Below are positions 1 through 13,600 of a DNA stretch of 64,000 nucleotides, in pieces; positions within the stretch are counted from its first letter, which is position 1, and the number at the start of each line of letters is the position of its first letter. A program made the position numbers and the translations under genes. Below the pieces are notes generated by a model that saw only the letters and a program-made list of their open reading frames with translations, had not been told where the DNA came from and searched no databases. The stretch lies in NCBI GenBank assembly GCA_977016875.1, contig CDRNST010000013.1, positions 1,860,001 to 1,924,000 of the forward strand, given 5' to 3'. The DNA comes from Pavona decussata. Taxonomy: Eukaryota.

Positions 1-775
1 GCATAGAGCAGGTATTTTTACGGTCCCTTGTGGTGAACTCTTAAAACTGGAAGGCAAAGAGTTGAGGCTAAAGGTAAATCTTTTTGTCATATTAATCCGG
101 GGAACGTGCTAACTAGTTCTAAAATCCCTTCCTGCTAATATTGCAGTTTTTCAGAGTTTTCTTAGAGTAGAGTTGATTGCTGGAAGACGTGAATGAAAGC
201 TGAAAAACGTATGCGTGTATTCATGAGACACTGAATTAAAAAAAAGAATAAAATAATTTATTTTAATTCCAAACCCCAAACATTATTGACTGATTCTGAC
301 AACATAGCGCATATGCCCTAAAAATTTGCCAGCTCTTGTTTAATTTCAAGCGAGTAATGCTTCGATATTTTTATTTAGCTTGCCTTAATGCACAAATATT
401 GCTTATTAGCATGGTAACCATTTTTAGACCTGAACGTCTGATATCTCCTAGTGGCTATCATCACATTCAATTTAATAAGGCTAGGTCATGCTATCCCACG
501 TAATTCTTTCCAGAACAAACTGGTCATCGAATCCATCAAAAGCCAAACTGGTATTAATTATTGGCGAAACGCGTTAGAGAAAAATATGACAGGCAAAACT
601 GTCTGTGTCAACTGCAGTTGCAACATGTGTTATAAAAAAAATAGCACACTGTCTTAAATGTTATATAATTTGATACAATGACCTATCCCAGCAATAAAGC
701 AGAGGCTGATTCTCCACTCAATCTTGCGTACTGAATCCACAAGATGCTCATTGGGGTCCTTTGATTACTACTCAC

Positions 776-1045
776 TTCTGACATTAACTATCCCCGTCGC
801 CTGCTTGACTCCTTTTTTGTTCTGCGCCACGCACACGTACATTCCCTCGTCATCTTTTGTCGCCTCTTTAATTTGCAGCAATCCTCCGTCAATCACGTGA
901 TTGTCTGTCACGTTGCCTCCAATTTTGCTCCACTGTATGGTGGGGAGGGGATCTCCCGTCACCTGACATGAGAGGAATGTGGATGCACCTTCGTCAACGG
1001 TTTGTTGTGCTGGTGTGACGATTGCCGTGGGAGCCACTGAGGTGT
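776..1045 (-). CDS. Perlecan-like exon, Ig I-set domain 5
   Basis: [15 protein letters not shown]...[11 protein letters not shown]; donor A|gtgagt; an alternative in-frame acceptor would start the exon at 1036. Confidence 0.9.
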
Positions 1046-1578
1046 CTGACAAGAAACAAAATATATACAAGATAAACTGTAAATTTGACTTGTCGCATTA
1101 ACCTGGGACGTTTTTTCTTTGTCATCACAGTATACGAGAGTTAAGCAGTACACAGGGCGTACGCCACAAATGTACTTAGTAAAATGCCCGAGCGCGCTAC
1201 GGGTCTCTGAGTGGATCAGCGGTTAGAGCATCCGGCCCGTGTACGGAATTTCACGGCAACGACGACAACGACGTCCCTGTTACGGTTCCCTTCAGCCCAA
1301 ACTAAAAGACAGTAAGGTAAAGTAAAGAGACAGTAGGAGTGTCACTGATTTATTTGTCTCCTTTACCGTTTTTGCTTTGATTTTCCGAGTAAGGGGACAC
1401 CAAATATGAAGCACTATAAATGTCAGTCACTCTCTAGACATGAATGTTTGGTGTTATCAATAGAGTTGATAAGGTAATATTACCACCGTAAAGAGATTAG
1501 AATGTCCACGTTTCGAGCGTTAGCTCTCCGTCAGAGCGAATCAATGGATTAAAAAAGATAAATAAATAAATAAACAAA

Positions 1579-1609
<31 letters not shown>

Positions 1610-4600
1610 ATTTATAAATAAATAAATAAATAAATAAATAAAAAAGACGAACAAAACATTCGCTTCTTCTCCCCCACCGACGCAGCACCACATTTTCTTT
1701 AGAAGCTAACACTCTTATCTAATTATACCATACCTTGTTATTTTTTTTCTTTAACATACGTATTGTAATGCGCATTTGAACAAGCCTTGGCTTGAAATTT
1801 ACGCACAAGAAATACATATTATTCTTATTTTCTACCTATCTAAGAGTCCTCTAAGACCGAGAGTAAACACTTCACGTAAGTCAGAGTGTTTCGTCAACTT
1901 TACCTCTTTCGACATTGAGAGTAACCAAAAACGCTTTGGCTCCAAATGAATTCGCGGCTGTACACACGTAAGCACCTTCATCCTCAGGCTTCGCTGGGAA
2001 AATACGTAGAACGCCATTCACAAGCGAGGAAGACTGGGGCAGCTGTCCATTTTCACGTGACCAGCTAATGGTTGGAGAAGGTTCTCCCTTGGCAGTGCAC
2101 GAGAACAAGGCCTCCTCGTCTTCTGAGACCGTTAATGAGCTGGGGGAGACTGAGATCACAGGGACACTACCAGAAGCTTAACAAAAGATAAGAAAAAGGA
2201 AACGGCAGACTAAGAGCACTGCACATTTCTAGAGTATACCTGTGATTCAAAACATTTTGAATGTTTGGTTACATTTAGTTATATTTCTCTTCCCCCTCGG
2301 CCAACCATGGTTATACCATTTCCTTAAACATGTTCACCTCAAATATAAGTTAATAAAATAAAGCAGAAACGTCTGGAAATCTTACCCGACACATTTAAGA
2401 ATGTTCCAGTACTGGCTATACCACCTAAATTGGACGCTGTACAAACGTATGCTCCCTCGTATATCTCCTTCACTCTAACAAACCTCAGAAGCCCATTGCC
2501 GTTTGATAACACTGCTTCCGATGGCAGTATACCTGCAGGACCACCGTGCCATTGAAGGACTGGGGCAGGGAAACCAGACGCCGAGCAGCGGAATTGAGCC
2601 GACTCTCCCTCGCGCACACTCAAACGAGTGGGAGATATGAAGACCTGGGGACTAGTCACTGGAAATAATAAAAGATATTGAGACAAAACAAACTCCACAA
2701 CAAGCACGGTCAATTTTTGTAAGAAACGAACAAACACGAACAAATAAACAGACAAACAGAAATAAAACAGCTGATCATTTTTTCCTATAATTTCGTTTGC
2801 CATCGGATTGTTCACAACTTTCTAAACGAAAAACGGTTCACATTTTAAGAACAGTTCTCACCGTTTACCGTGTTGAGTGTAGCTGAAGTGGTATTATACC
2901 ATAACTACAATAGAAATTGATAATAACGGCCGGAAAGTTATATGGAAAGGGCGAAGATGAGAAATTCTTGGAACGATTGATGAACATAATGAGATTGTGG
3001 ATGCTGTAGGGCCGTATTGAGAAAGTACCTACTCTCTCTTGAAAAACATATGCTGAAACGGAAGGTTTCCATGGTGAAACTATCACAACAAAAGCCGGTA
3101 AACTAACTAGAATGAAGTCTTTCCTCACCTCCCACTCTCAGCTGCACGGTAGCCATATCATCACTGAAGGAGTTTTTACCAGTGCACGTGTAGGTCCCTC
3201 CGTGAACACTCTGCGTGTTTTGGATCCTAAGCACACCATCAACGTTCACAGCCCCATCCGGAAGTGCTCCATACATGCCACGGGTCCACTTTAGTTTATA
3301 GTCCGTGACACTATTAGCCTTACACGTGAACTGGGCGCTGCTGTTTAATGGAACGTGAAGGACTTTGGGCGAAACTGATACGACGATGGGATCCTCGAGG
3401 CGATCTGGATTAGAGAATCAGTGAAATCAGGAGGCCGCTCTTGTTTTAAAGGAACAAATAAGAGGCGAGTCCAGGGTAGGGACCAGGTAAGCCAAGTTTG
3501 ACCCCCGCATGGGGTGGAGTCACTCATACTTTCTCCTATGTCCATCTGACATACCTTGCTTGAAATCGTGTCCCTGAACTCATGGAATATCTTCAGCCAT
3601 CGGCATCGCTTGTAACACTGACCATGGAATGCAAACAAGTCTATTTCTAGCTTCTACATCGAAAAGAGCACTAACGAGTTAATCGAAATGGCACCAAGTG
3701 CACTGCTTGATGTGTGCCGCTATGAAGACCAGTGTTCGCACATTTCATGATAGCTGTGTTTTGACAAAAAGGAGAGTTGGTGCTGTTGACCTCCCTGTTT
3801 TATATATAAATTTATTTGTGGGCTTTCATAATAATTTCCTTTGTAATTGGTATGCTTGTAGTCCTTTGATGCTTAACCTTTCATTTAAAGAGCGACCCAT
3901 GAATTATAAACAGGTACTTTTTACCTTTTACAGTCAACTTCCCTGCGGCTATCTCGGACCCATAGGTATTTCTAGCAGTACACAGATACGTCCCTTCGTC
4001 CTCTTTCCTCACTCCCCGGATCAGCAATCGTCTTCCTTTTATAGAAACGCGACGTGACATGGGCTCCCCGCTCTCTCTAGACCACGCGATTATTGGTGTT
4101 TGTTGACCGCCCGCAAAGCAGTAGAAATGTGCGTTTTTGCCCTCGTCCTTTATGCGTTTCACCGGCCACACTCTGACAGTTGGGAGAAATCCCACTGAAA
4201 AGGAACACATAGTTTTTATACATAGACAAATTTAAAATGATTTTGAGAATGACGAGTTAATATGCTTTTCATCAGCAATATCATCATCAGTATCATCATC
4301 ACCATGACCACCATCATCATCACTATCATCATGCATTATTGTATATTATCATTATCATTATCATTATCATTATAACATATTAGTCACAGGCACATATAAA
4401 TACGATGCTCTAGCCACTGACCCACAGGAAAGACTCGTAACGAGCTTGGTCATATTTTTATTCTTTTAGCAGTCTGCACGTTAGTGACATTTATTCCATT
4501 GAAACCTCGTGTGTGGCAAATATAATTTATATTTCAAACATCTTAAAAGTTGGGAAAATTGAAGATAACAGCTGAGTAAAGTGTTTGAGTCATATATATT

Positions 4601-7600
4601 GTAATTTTTTTCTCATACCATAATAATAACTATTTTAGGTGTATACAGGGCCCCTCAGGATGACAGCCCCGTAGCTGATTGGGCCACCCTGTCTAAATAA
4701 ATAATAATACTTACTTACTTACTAAAGAAGAAAGAAAACCTACAAAGGGCTTTAACGAAAACACCTTAACACAGTGCGGCATTTGTTGTTCAACATCACC
4801 ATATTTAAACATGCAGTGTCGATTAAACCGTGCTATGAATGAAGCGCTGGATATTTTTGTCTCACCTGGTATTTTGACGCACTTTTCACCACGTTTGAAA
4901 GGATTTCCGGTATATCCCTTAGCACACCTAGAACGTCGCAAGATTTCAAAAACGTTAACGAACAAGTACTGATAAAAACAGTGAAGACGATGATGTTCCT
5001 TTTCAAAAGGCATCTTTATTTTAAGTTCAAGAGCATTAAAACAATGAATAAGAATTGATAGGTAGATAATTGGGCGCTATTGTCTGGGTTGAAAGTCATA
5101 TTTTTGTTCCAAACGCTTCAACCTTTTTTCTAAGGTGTAGCCATACAGCCATTCAGTGATTCCAAAAAAACGGATTACGCGAGAAACAGACATTTTTTCT
5201 GTCAGTTTATACTTTAAAAGCTGTCGTTTTATACTTAATAACTTACAAGGGAACATTAAAGAAACAACATTACCATCCACTTTTTAAAGCGAAATTCAGA
5301 TGAGGACTTGAAAGGGGTTTGGACATTTTCAGTGCTTAACGTTGGGATCAACACAGGATTCAAACCATAAAGAATACAACAATAACAGAAAACAAACGAA
5401 CAAAAATATTAAATCCGTTTATTTTCAGTTTTTTGATCGTAGAAAAGTGCCATTTAAAAGGTAAAAAAGTGCTGTTTTTAAGGAAAAAATCTCACTAGTA
5501 ATCTCTCCAAACACCGAACCAAGGAAAACCCATACAAGACTAGAGATACGGTTTGTTTGGAGTTTCTCTACCTTTCGCAGTTCCTCCCAGTATAACCGGT
5601 TTGACAAGCTGTACACGTTGGTCTACCGTCCGCCTCAAGCTTACAAAGCCGACTGAACCTAGCAATTAAAAGAAAAAAAATCAGTTTTAGTGAACAAACG
5701 CAATCCACTCTACCCATTTAAACTTTTCCGTTCTAGAATTAATCTTCACTTACCCTAATGTGGTTCAGACATTGAGATTGTGAAATGAATCCTAAGCTGC
5801 GCGAAATGCAGGGTCTAAAGCAGTTTTATTCTATCATATAACACACACTTATCTTCGTATATATCTCTCGTTGGTGACTACAAAACATTTTTACTTTACA
5901 TAATAAAAATTGTCATGGCCCCTTGTGAATCCCAACTATTTTCAGTTTTCATAACCTCCGATCTTCTGTCGAATGTATGGTTCCTAGAACGCTTTCCGCC
6001 AAAATACAGTCAGCAAACGTTGACCACGGGCGCATGTACAAGTGAAAACGTCCAAGACGGCGGCATTGAAAGCTTATTTTTAAACTTTGAGTCTGTTTAC
6101 GAGATCGTTAGGCGCAACAATTTAACCGAGAGCTCGCAAGTTCTTCTTACAGCTGATACTGTTTATCATGCTCTACCTCGTGGTGGTTCTAAGCCTTCGA
6201 CTCCGTGGAAGAAACCCTAAAGTGCGACCATTGTAATGAAAGCTACTGGGCAGAAAGCGGTTCCTGTGGAACTGTTTCTCATGCAAACCAAAGTGGATCT
6301 ACAGTTTGAGTCTGTGGATGAAAACCATAAGTGTGACCATTCAAATCAAAGCTACTGAGAAGTGCTTTCCTGTGGTGCTGATTATTATGCTGTTTATTAC
6401 GCTGAGGCCAAAATGGAGCAGCTGTGGCACAAGAAAAGGGAACGACAAAGAGTAAGAGCATCTTTCGTACCCTCGCTACCAACAGCGTACATATGCAGAA
6501 ATTCTGACAGAGACTGCCACTCAAGAAATGGACTCTACAGTCACAGTCGACGCTGCCCCAATACAGTGAACTCACAGTTCTGGCGCAATCCATTGTCTTT
6601 GGAGACAGAAGGAGACAACTATAACTAACTGTAACAAGGTAATTCTAACTTTTGCGTCGGATGACGAGATTCTAAAGTATGACCAAGTTAATTTGTATTT
6701 TGATAATACTTTTTAAAACTTTTGGTTTGCCAAAGTTCACTCTCAGTCGAGCACTCTGAACAAGCAAGATGACGCTGTGTTGTTGGCGTCTACGCAAGGT
6801 TTCACATCGCATGGTTACTGGCAGTGGGTTGTAATTGCCAGTATTCATTGTTACACTGGATCGAGAGAGACAGTGTTGGTTAAAGGTTGTTGTCTAAAGA
6901 GGCTTCAAATCAGAGACCAACCTCAAATCACCAGCCTTCCGACTAAAAAATCTGATGCGCTAACCCGGGTACGATACACTGTGGTACTTACTGATTGGAA
7001 GCAACTGTGAGAGGACAGGGACATGGTTGGCAATCTTTGGACGTTCCTTTCGTGGCGTCACCGTAGAAACCAACTGAACATCTATCACACTGGGGACCTG
7101 TGGTGAAATGATCGCATCTCTGAAAAAAACAAAACAAAATAACAACAACAACAAAAAAAACAAAACAAAACAAAAAAAAACAACAAAAAAACAAAAACAA
7201 AACAAAACAAAAACAAATTGCAACGTTAACAGAAGTTAAAAAAGAGGAAATTCAAGGGGAATGACTTTGGATATCGAAACGAAAGGTAATACCGCATTTT
7301 TTTTAATTATTACCTTGGACCATAGACTCTCTTTCAAAGAAACTTGTCAATAAAAAAACCTCCTATAATTAAGGCTTGCCTCGAACATACCTCTATTTTT
7401 GGACAAGGTAGAGAAAAAATTGACACTCCAAATTTCCTAGTGAAAAATACGTAAAAATACACAACAGCAGTTCAATTCTGCACACATCAACGTTACGCCT
7501 CAACTGGACAGATGTGGACGTTTTACTTTGCGAATAATTTGTTTTCACCCTCCCACACTCCGGGCCGAAAATAAGGGTCAAATCAGGTTTTACACTCCCA

Positions 7601-10600
7601 TTTTCTGGTGATGTTTTTGCCTTTTAAGTGCGAACTGATCGTAAATTTGACATTACGAGGGTATTGAGAGGACCATACGTCAAATTCCGTACATCTCCAT
7701 CGTCGGCGCAACTTAGGTGCATTCTGAAACTCATTAGCCGGGAAACACTTACACACATCATTTTTTGTTACAAAGGGTCGGTATAAACATCACCCGCAGC
7801 TTCTCGCATACTTACTATCACTGCCATTTTCAACTACATAACCTTACAAACCTTACAAAGCCTACAAGGGTATTAGCGTTTACACTTGATTAGATTATCT
7901 AAACGTCATTAATACTTACTATACATTGTCCATTCTCCGGGTCACATTCATTTGAATGCTGATTACAGGAACATTGAACGCAAGGAGAGAAATCAGGGCC
8001 TGGGTACGAACGAGTATAACCACGTGCACATTGCTGTAACGTGAAAGAGGAGAATGCGTGATAAAAGAAGTATGGCTATAGACAGCAACCTTGATTGACT
8101 TTTAAAGTTTTCTTCATTACATCTTATTTTCAATTTTTTAACGGATTAACAAACATTTGAATTGATTTAAACCTATTAAATATACCCAACTGACTTGAGA
8201 TTGAAAAACGGATCACAAAATCGAACGCTTTTAAGATTTTCACTTTAAAGGATCAGCATTACGGAGATAGCGTTTTGTTAGAACACTTCTCATAGCCAAG
8301 AGCTCACAATGTGCGTTGTTGTTTTGTTATGTTTCCGACTTAATTTGGTACAGATAATAAGCAGCGTTGTAAATTCTCTAGACTTTCTCAAAGTCGCTCG
8401 CTCGCTTCTCATTGAATAGACTTTCTCAAAGTCGCTCGCTCGCTTCTCATTGAATGGACCTCGCTCGCTCGCGCTCCGCGCTCGCTCGCTCGAGCTCTGA
8501 CGATCGCGCTTCGCGCTCTCTAAGCTCGACTTGTAAGCAAGTCTATAAATTCTCGAAAAACATTTCCCATTCCTAAGTGAGCAGGTCGCAGGCCTTGGGG
8601 TTAACTCTCAGGACTTCGCATCTCGCGAGTACACTGGACACCAATCATATAAGCAACACACCAACTTACAAGAACATTAAATAAGTGTTGTGTACACTTA
8701 GAGATTTGGTTGCTGTTATCTGCTGTCATTTTCATAGCATTAGGTGGCTGGCTGGTTCACTTAATTTAGAGGAAAGTATTGCTAAACAACTTTCATTTGA
8801 GCGAACACACCAGCATTTCGTCTTCAGAGTCGAAATTTAGAGCCATCCTGTATAACATAATAAAGATTACAGCTCAGTAACTTTCATTTGAATGGGCACA
8901 CATTAATTAAGATTTCGTCTCGATACTCAAAAGTTAGAACCAACTTATACAGCGTAAAATAAAACAGCACCGAGAAAAGCACTGATAAATAGCCCCATTT
9001 CAATTCCGACAACGACAGAAAAAGAGAAGAACTACTTTACACGCTGAGGCAAAGGGTAAGGCAAACTCTAGTCAATAATTTAAAAAGCTTGCAGGCTCAC
9101 CTGACAAGATGTGCCAGCGTATTCCGGCGGGCATGCGCATTCTTCGATGTTGTTGGCTTTTCCGTACCTTGTTACCTGAGGCACAGCCTTTTCCAGAGAT
9201 ACGTCATAAAGACTGGTAAGAAACGATAAAGTAGTTTTCATATAAATTGAAAAAAAAAAAAAAGGTTGTAATTCCATATAGAAAACACAAGTTTAAACGA
9301 GTACGAGTTTGGAGAACAATACATTGTTCTGCGAATTGTTAAATTCTCCAACTCTTTTAAAGGTTTGATTACAGGGCGATTTTTGATTCAATGTTTAGTC
9401 CCAATTTCTATTACGATTCTAACGCGCTTGCAGATGCCACTTCAAATCACACGTACTACGAGTTCATTGCGACCTGGGGGGCAGTTTTAAGGCGACTTGA
9501 TCAGAGTTTCGAAAATGCTCGAAACTTGTTGCACTTCCCCTGCGTTTCTCCCCGAAAGGGGGGCTTTTAGATCACAGCAGATGCCTTGCTGAAATCGCTC
9601 CTAAAACGCATTGAAAGCGTTGCTGGTTAACACATGCGATTTGAATTTGCAGCGCGCCCGCGCGTGAGAAATTATGGTTGATTGGTACAAAAATTTCATA
9701 AAAAATTGCCTGTCTAAACTGACCATAAGATTGTTTCTATCAATTCGGGGAAAAAACTGGGGAAACATAATCCATTGAAATGTACCGTTTTTCTTGTACA
9801 GTTAGAGAGACAAGAGCCTCATTTAATCAGGGCGTGCACTCACTTAAGGTTATTTTGTGTAGAAAGGAAACCGTAATGCAACCAGTGCTACACAGCAATC
9901 TTCTTTACAAACGATGATGATAAGGTGTTGTTCAAATATACTAAAATACGGTTGAATCAGCACTTAGGCTGGTTAACCTTTAAAGCAGGCTCATTATCTA
10001 TTACGACGCCCAGCACCACGATCCTTGAATGAATCACCCACCTTATCGTTTGTTTTGTATGTTCAACGTCTTTAGAAGACTAATGATTTTTTTCTATACC
10101 ACCCAGGGTAATATATAAGATGCTACTGATGGAATAGGATCAACTCGTTCCAACTATCTCCCATAACTGACATTGATTTCAGCCAGGTCTATATTATCCA
10201 AACAATTACCCCTTAACAATAATCCAGCGCTCACATTTCTTTACAACGAGTTAGATAGTAAAATTAATCTGTCGCGCTATAAGAACATGCATGACGTTTT
10301 GCATTGGGACACACTTGGTTATGTTCAACTTTACGTATGAGACTGGTGTTTCCATACAAACCGAGAAAAATTGACTGGGGGCGTTCAATGCTGATCCAAT
10401 GAATTTTTTTCTCGAGTTGTTTTCTGCCATTTCAGCAGTTTTCCCCGCACGCGCTCCGAAGTTCGATGATCAAAATGTGAGAGGCTGACGTAGTCAGTCA
10501 GTGAAATTTTGCATTAAAGTCGGTAACTAAATTACACTAAAATTAGTTAGGCTAACCCAGCGACCGAAAGTTAGGCAAAGTTGCAATGTGACTGGCTTCA

Positions 10601-13600
10601 CGCTAGATGACCCAGGAAGCGCGGGCAAGAAAAACGGCGGACTTCTTAAACCAACCAGCTGGAAATAAACCACTTTTACTGAATTTCTTTGTTGAGTAGA
10701 TGCTTTGAATCTCAGACTGAAATAGTCTACAACAAAGCGATCCTAACCTGGCTCGTGTTGTTGTTGTGCTGTACGTCGCTCTTATTAAGATGCTATCCAC
10801 AGCAGACAACACTGTCATCACGTTATCTCTGGTCACGCGACTGCCATCCGGGAACCTCAGCCAGTTCTGGTGTGATAGAATACGTTTCAGACACGGTAAA
10901 AGCAATATACAAACCACAAAAGAAGACGAAATTTTTAAAAGTGGAAGGTTGGTTGATGTACCGAAAAACTAAGTGTTTCTTGGTGTTGAGGAAACCATTG
11001 TCGGTTAGGTTTGTTCTGTGGTGTGGGCATTGTTTATTACCTCTTGAGTATTTTGTTTTACGTCATTTAGTGATCGTACCATCCGCAACATCAAGACACC
11101 GCCGAAAATTAGAAAAAATTCAAGAACTATGTCACACCCCAAACTAAACAAAAAATGCAAGGGGTACTGTATTAATACAGGGATCTATTTACAATGATTC
11201 TTCATCCTCACGCTTTAAGGGTCTTTTACGCTGATTTACAGTAATTTCGTTTTAAATCCAAAACAATGGTTTCAGACTGTACAATTACTTTTCTACTAAC
11301 CTCAGATAGTTTAAGGCCGTATAACCCTTTTTTCCCTCCTTGGAGGGGTCTTCCACTACGATACTTGAGAATAAGCCCTCTTCCCTGCAGAGCAAGATTA
11401 AAAATTCAAATATAATCATAATACACAACGTCGTTTTGTAGGTGTGGAGGATGCAGAATGTTATAAGGAATGTATTGTTACTTTTTCCCGTCCAGCCGCT
11501 CATAGTATCTAAAGCAACGTTGAAATCAAAATTCTTCCATGTTGTGTTTGCTTCCAGGAAGCAAAGTTTTACCGTTCGCACACATCTCGATTTTAATGTA
11601 ATGGGACTTGCCTTAAACTACGCTTTTCAAAGTATGCGACAAGATTCAACGGAATGTACCGCTCAATGCTGCTCCTTTAGGATTGAAGCGCACCACTTAA
11701 ATGGCGCGGTACTGAGAGTACTGGCTTGGAATGTAATTTTGGTTGGCAGGTTTGAAACAAAGCTAACAAGGTTGCACTGTTGACTTTTCTTGTGTGTGAT
11801 TTGCGTGTTTAGTGTTACGGCTAGAGCCGAAATTGTAAATGACTGTGGTGCACATCACAAACGTTGGATGGTGCTTTGCTTCAGTTATGAAAATGAAGAA
11901 CATGAAGCCAATTCGTGAAGGCGTTTGAGATATACATTGTAGTTCGTAGCTCTGAGAGTGATCGTAGAAAACGCCTCGCTTCCTTTTACAGTGGTTAGGT
12001 TACGTCTAAGATAAGAGTACAGAAAAGTGGTCATCCAGGCCTTTTGGCAGTTTAAGTACCTTCTTCAATTCAGCAAAATTCCTGAGAACCAGGACGACAA
12101 GTTCGTGTATAACGTCTTGATAACAAGTTTATTAAATATCGTTTGATAATTCTAAGACCAATCTCGAACTGAAACTTAATTTCAGTGGTAAAAGAATCCT
12201 TTTTATCCTCAAGGAACATTAAATGGCCAGATCTTGATTCCTTCATACCACCAACTTGATTTGAAGCAGAGGGCACGTCTCAGATCGATGAAAAAACTAG
12301 CACTTGGTATTAATTTTATGCGGTACATTTTCAAATGGGTTTTTACAAATGGTTCACTTACCATGATTTGCACGTCCGTCTCCCTTGTCATTTCTCCACC
12401 TGGATTCATGTCATGTGACACAGTGTACCGCATGATACCGTCATAGCTCGTAATCTAATAAGGCGACAAAGAAAAAAGGCTGTTCGTTCGGAGATTATCA
12501 ATAAAGTACATGTGGATTAAGGTAAACCAAATAGGCGTCTCCGAGACATTCGAGAGTGTTTATAAATTTTGTATGCTGTTAAGGGTATCAAGGACAATGA
12601 ACTAATAATTTAATGATTCACTTTGCAGACCACTAAATATTCACTAAAGGGTCAATAAGAAGATATTTTCTCAATCTTCGATCAATTTACGTAAAGAAAA
12701 TGACAAGAAATAGGTGCATTAAATGAGCCCTATGGTGGCTATAAATTATGTTATGACTCCTCCTTTTAATGTACATTGCACCCCAAACCAGACAAAAGTC
12801 CGCCAGAAAGTGCATAGTGTGCTCATCCTGGCTTGGAGTCAAGGCAACTGGCTTACAGTTTCCTAATCACAAGGGCCCTTCACTGAGTCATCAATGAGGG
12901 GAAATTTAAGCACACAAGTTAACAAAGCTCGCTGGTAATGTGCAGTGGGTTGAAGTCACACGAAAACTTACCATGTCTCCTCTGAATTCCTCGCCCAAGA
13001 ACCAGTAATACGTTCCAGCGGGTTTCTTGTCAAACTTGTCATAGACAAAATGTTGTGGGTCACCCTGAACCTGCAAGTCGGTGCTAATAATAAAGTCACG
13101 TGACAGATCGGCGAGTCGCAAGAAGTCGGGGCCTTCAAGCAAGGCAAAACGAAGACGAATCTGAAACATAAAATAAAACTTACAACAACAACAACAACTT
13201 ATTTAATATTCATATTTTTATTTTAATTACTGGAATACGCAGTCCGCATATAGCAGAGCTAATGAGTAACTGAATGAGTTACTTGAGAGCCAAGCAGAGA
13301 AAGTCAAGAACTGTCAACCTTAAGAGAGTGGAGAACGTCAGAGAAAGCTAATCACCGTTATTTTGTTGGAACATGGTCAGTATAATCGTGTCACACCTTT
13401 CGTCTCTTCAACAATAATGGTTCATTTTTGTATAAAATACCCTACCAGTTTTGTAAAACTATTAATCAGTGTTTTTACTCAAGTACACTCAATGATAGCC
13501 TGGATAGGAATGGTTTTCGCCTTCCAAAATGTTGACCCAGTTTTAAAGTTTCTCCCTTGCTTCTTCTTGAAAAATAGCTGATTATGGCCAATTCTCCTCA

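Noticed and set aside
768-775. Stop codon after the fifth Ig domain (VRSE stop) as the gene end
   Set aside because: It overlaps a strong phase-1 donor (gtgagt) like the other Ig exons, so the gene probably continues; a short read-through isoform cannot be excluded.
1185-1250. tRNA-like A-box sequence (similar one near 4410-4455 on the minus strand)
   Set aside because: No cloverleaf or B-box; most likely decayed SINE-like heads, not tRNA genes.
11285-11581. ORF-track frame [13 protein letters not shown] as the exon
   Set aside because: That frame does not match the phases of the neighbouring exons; GRGLILKY does.
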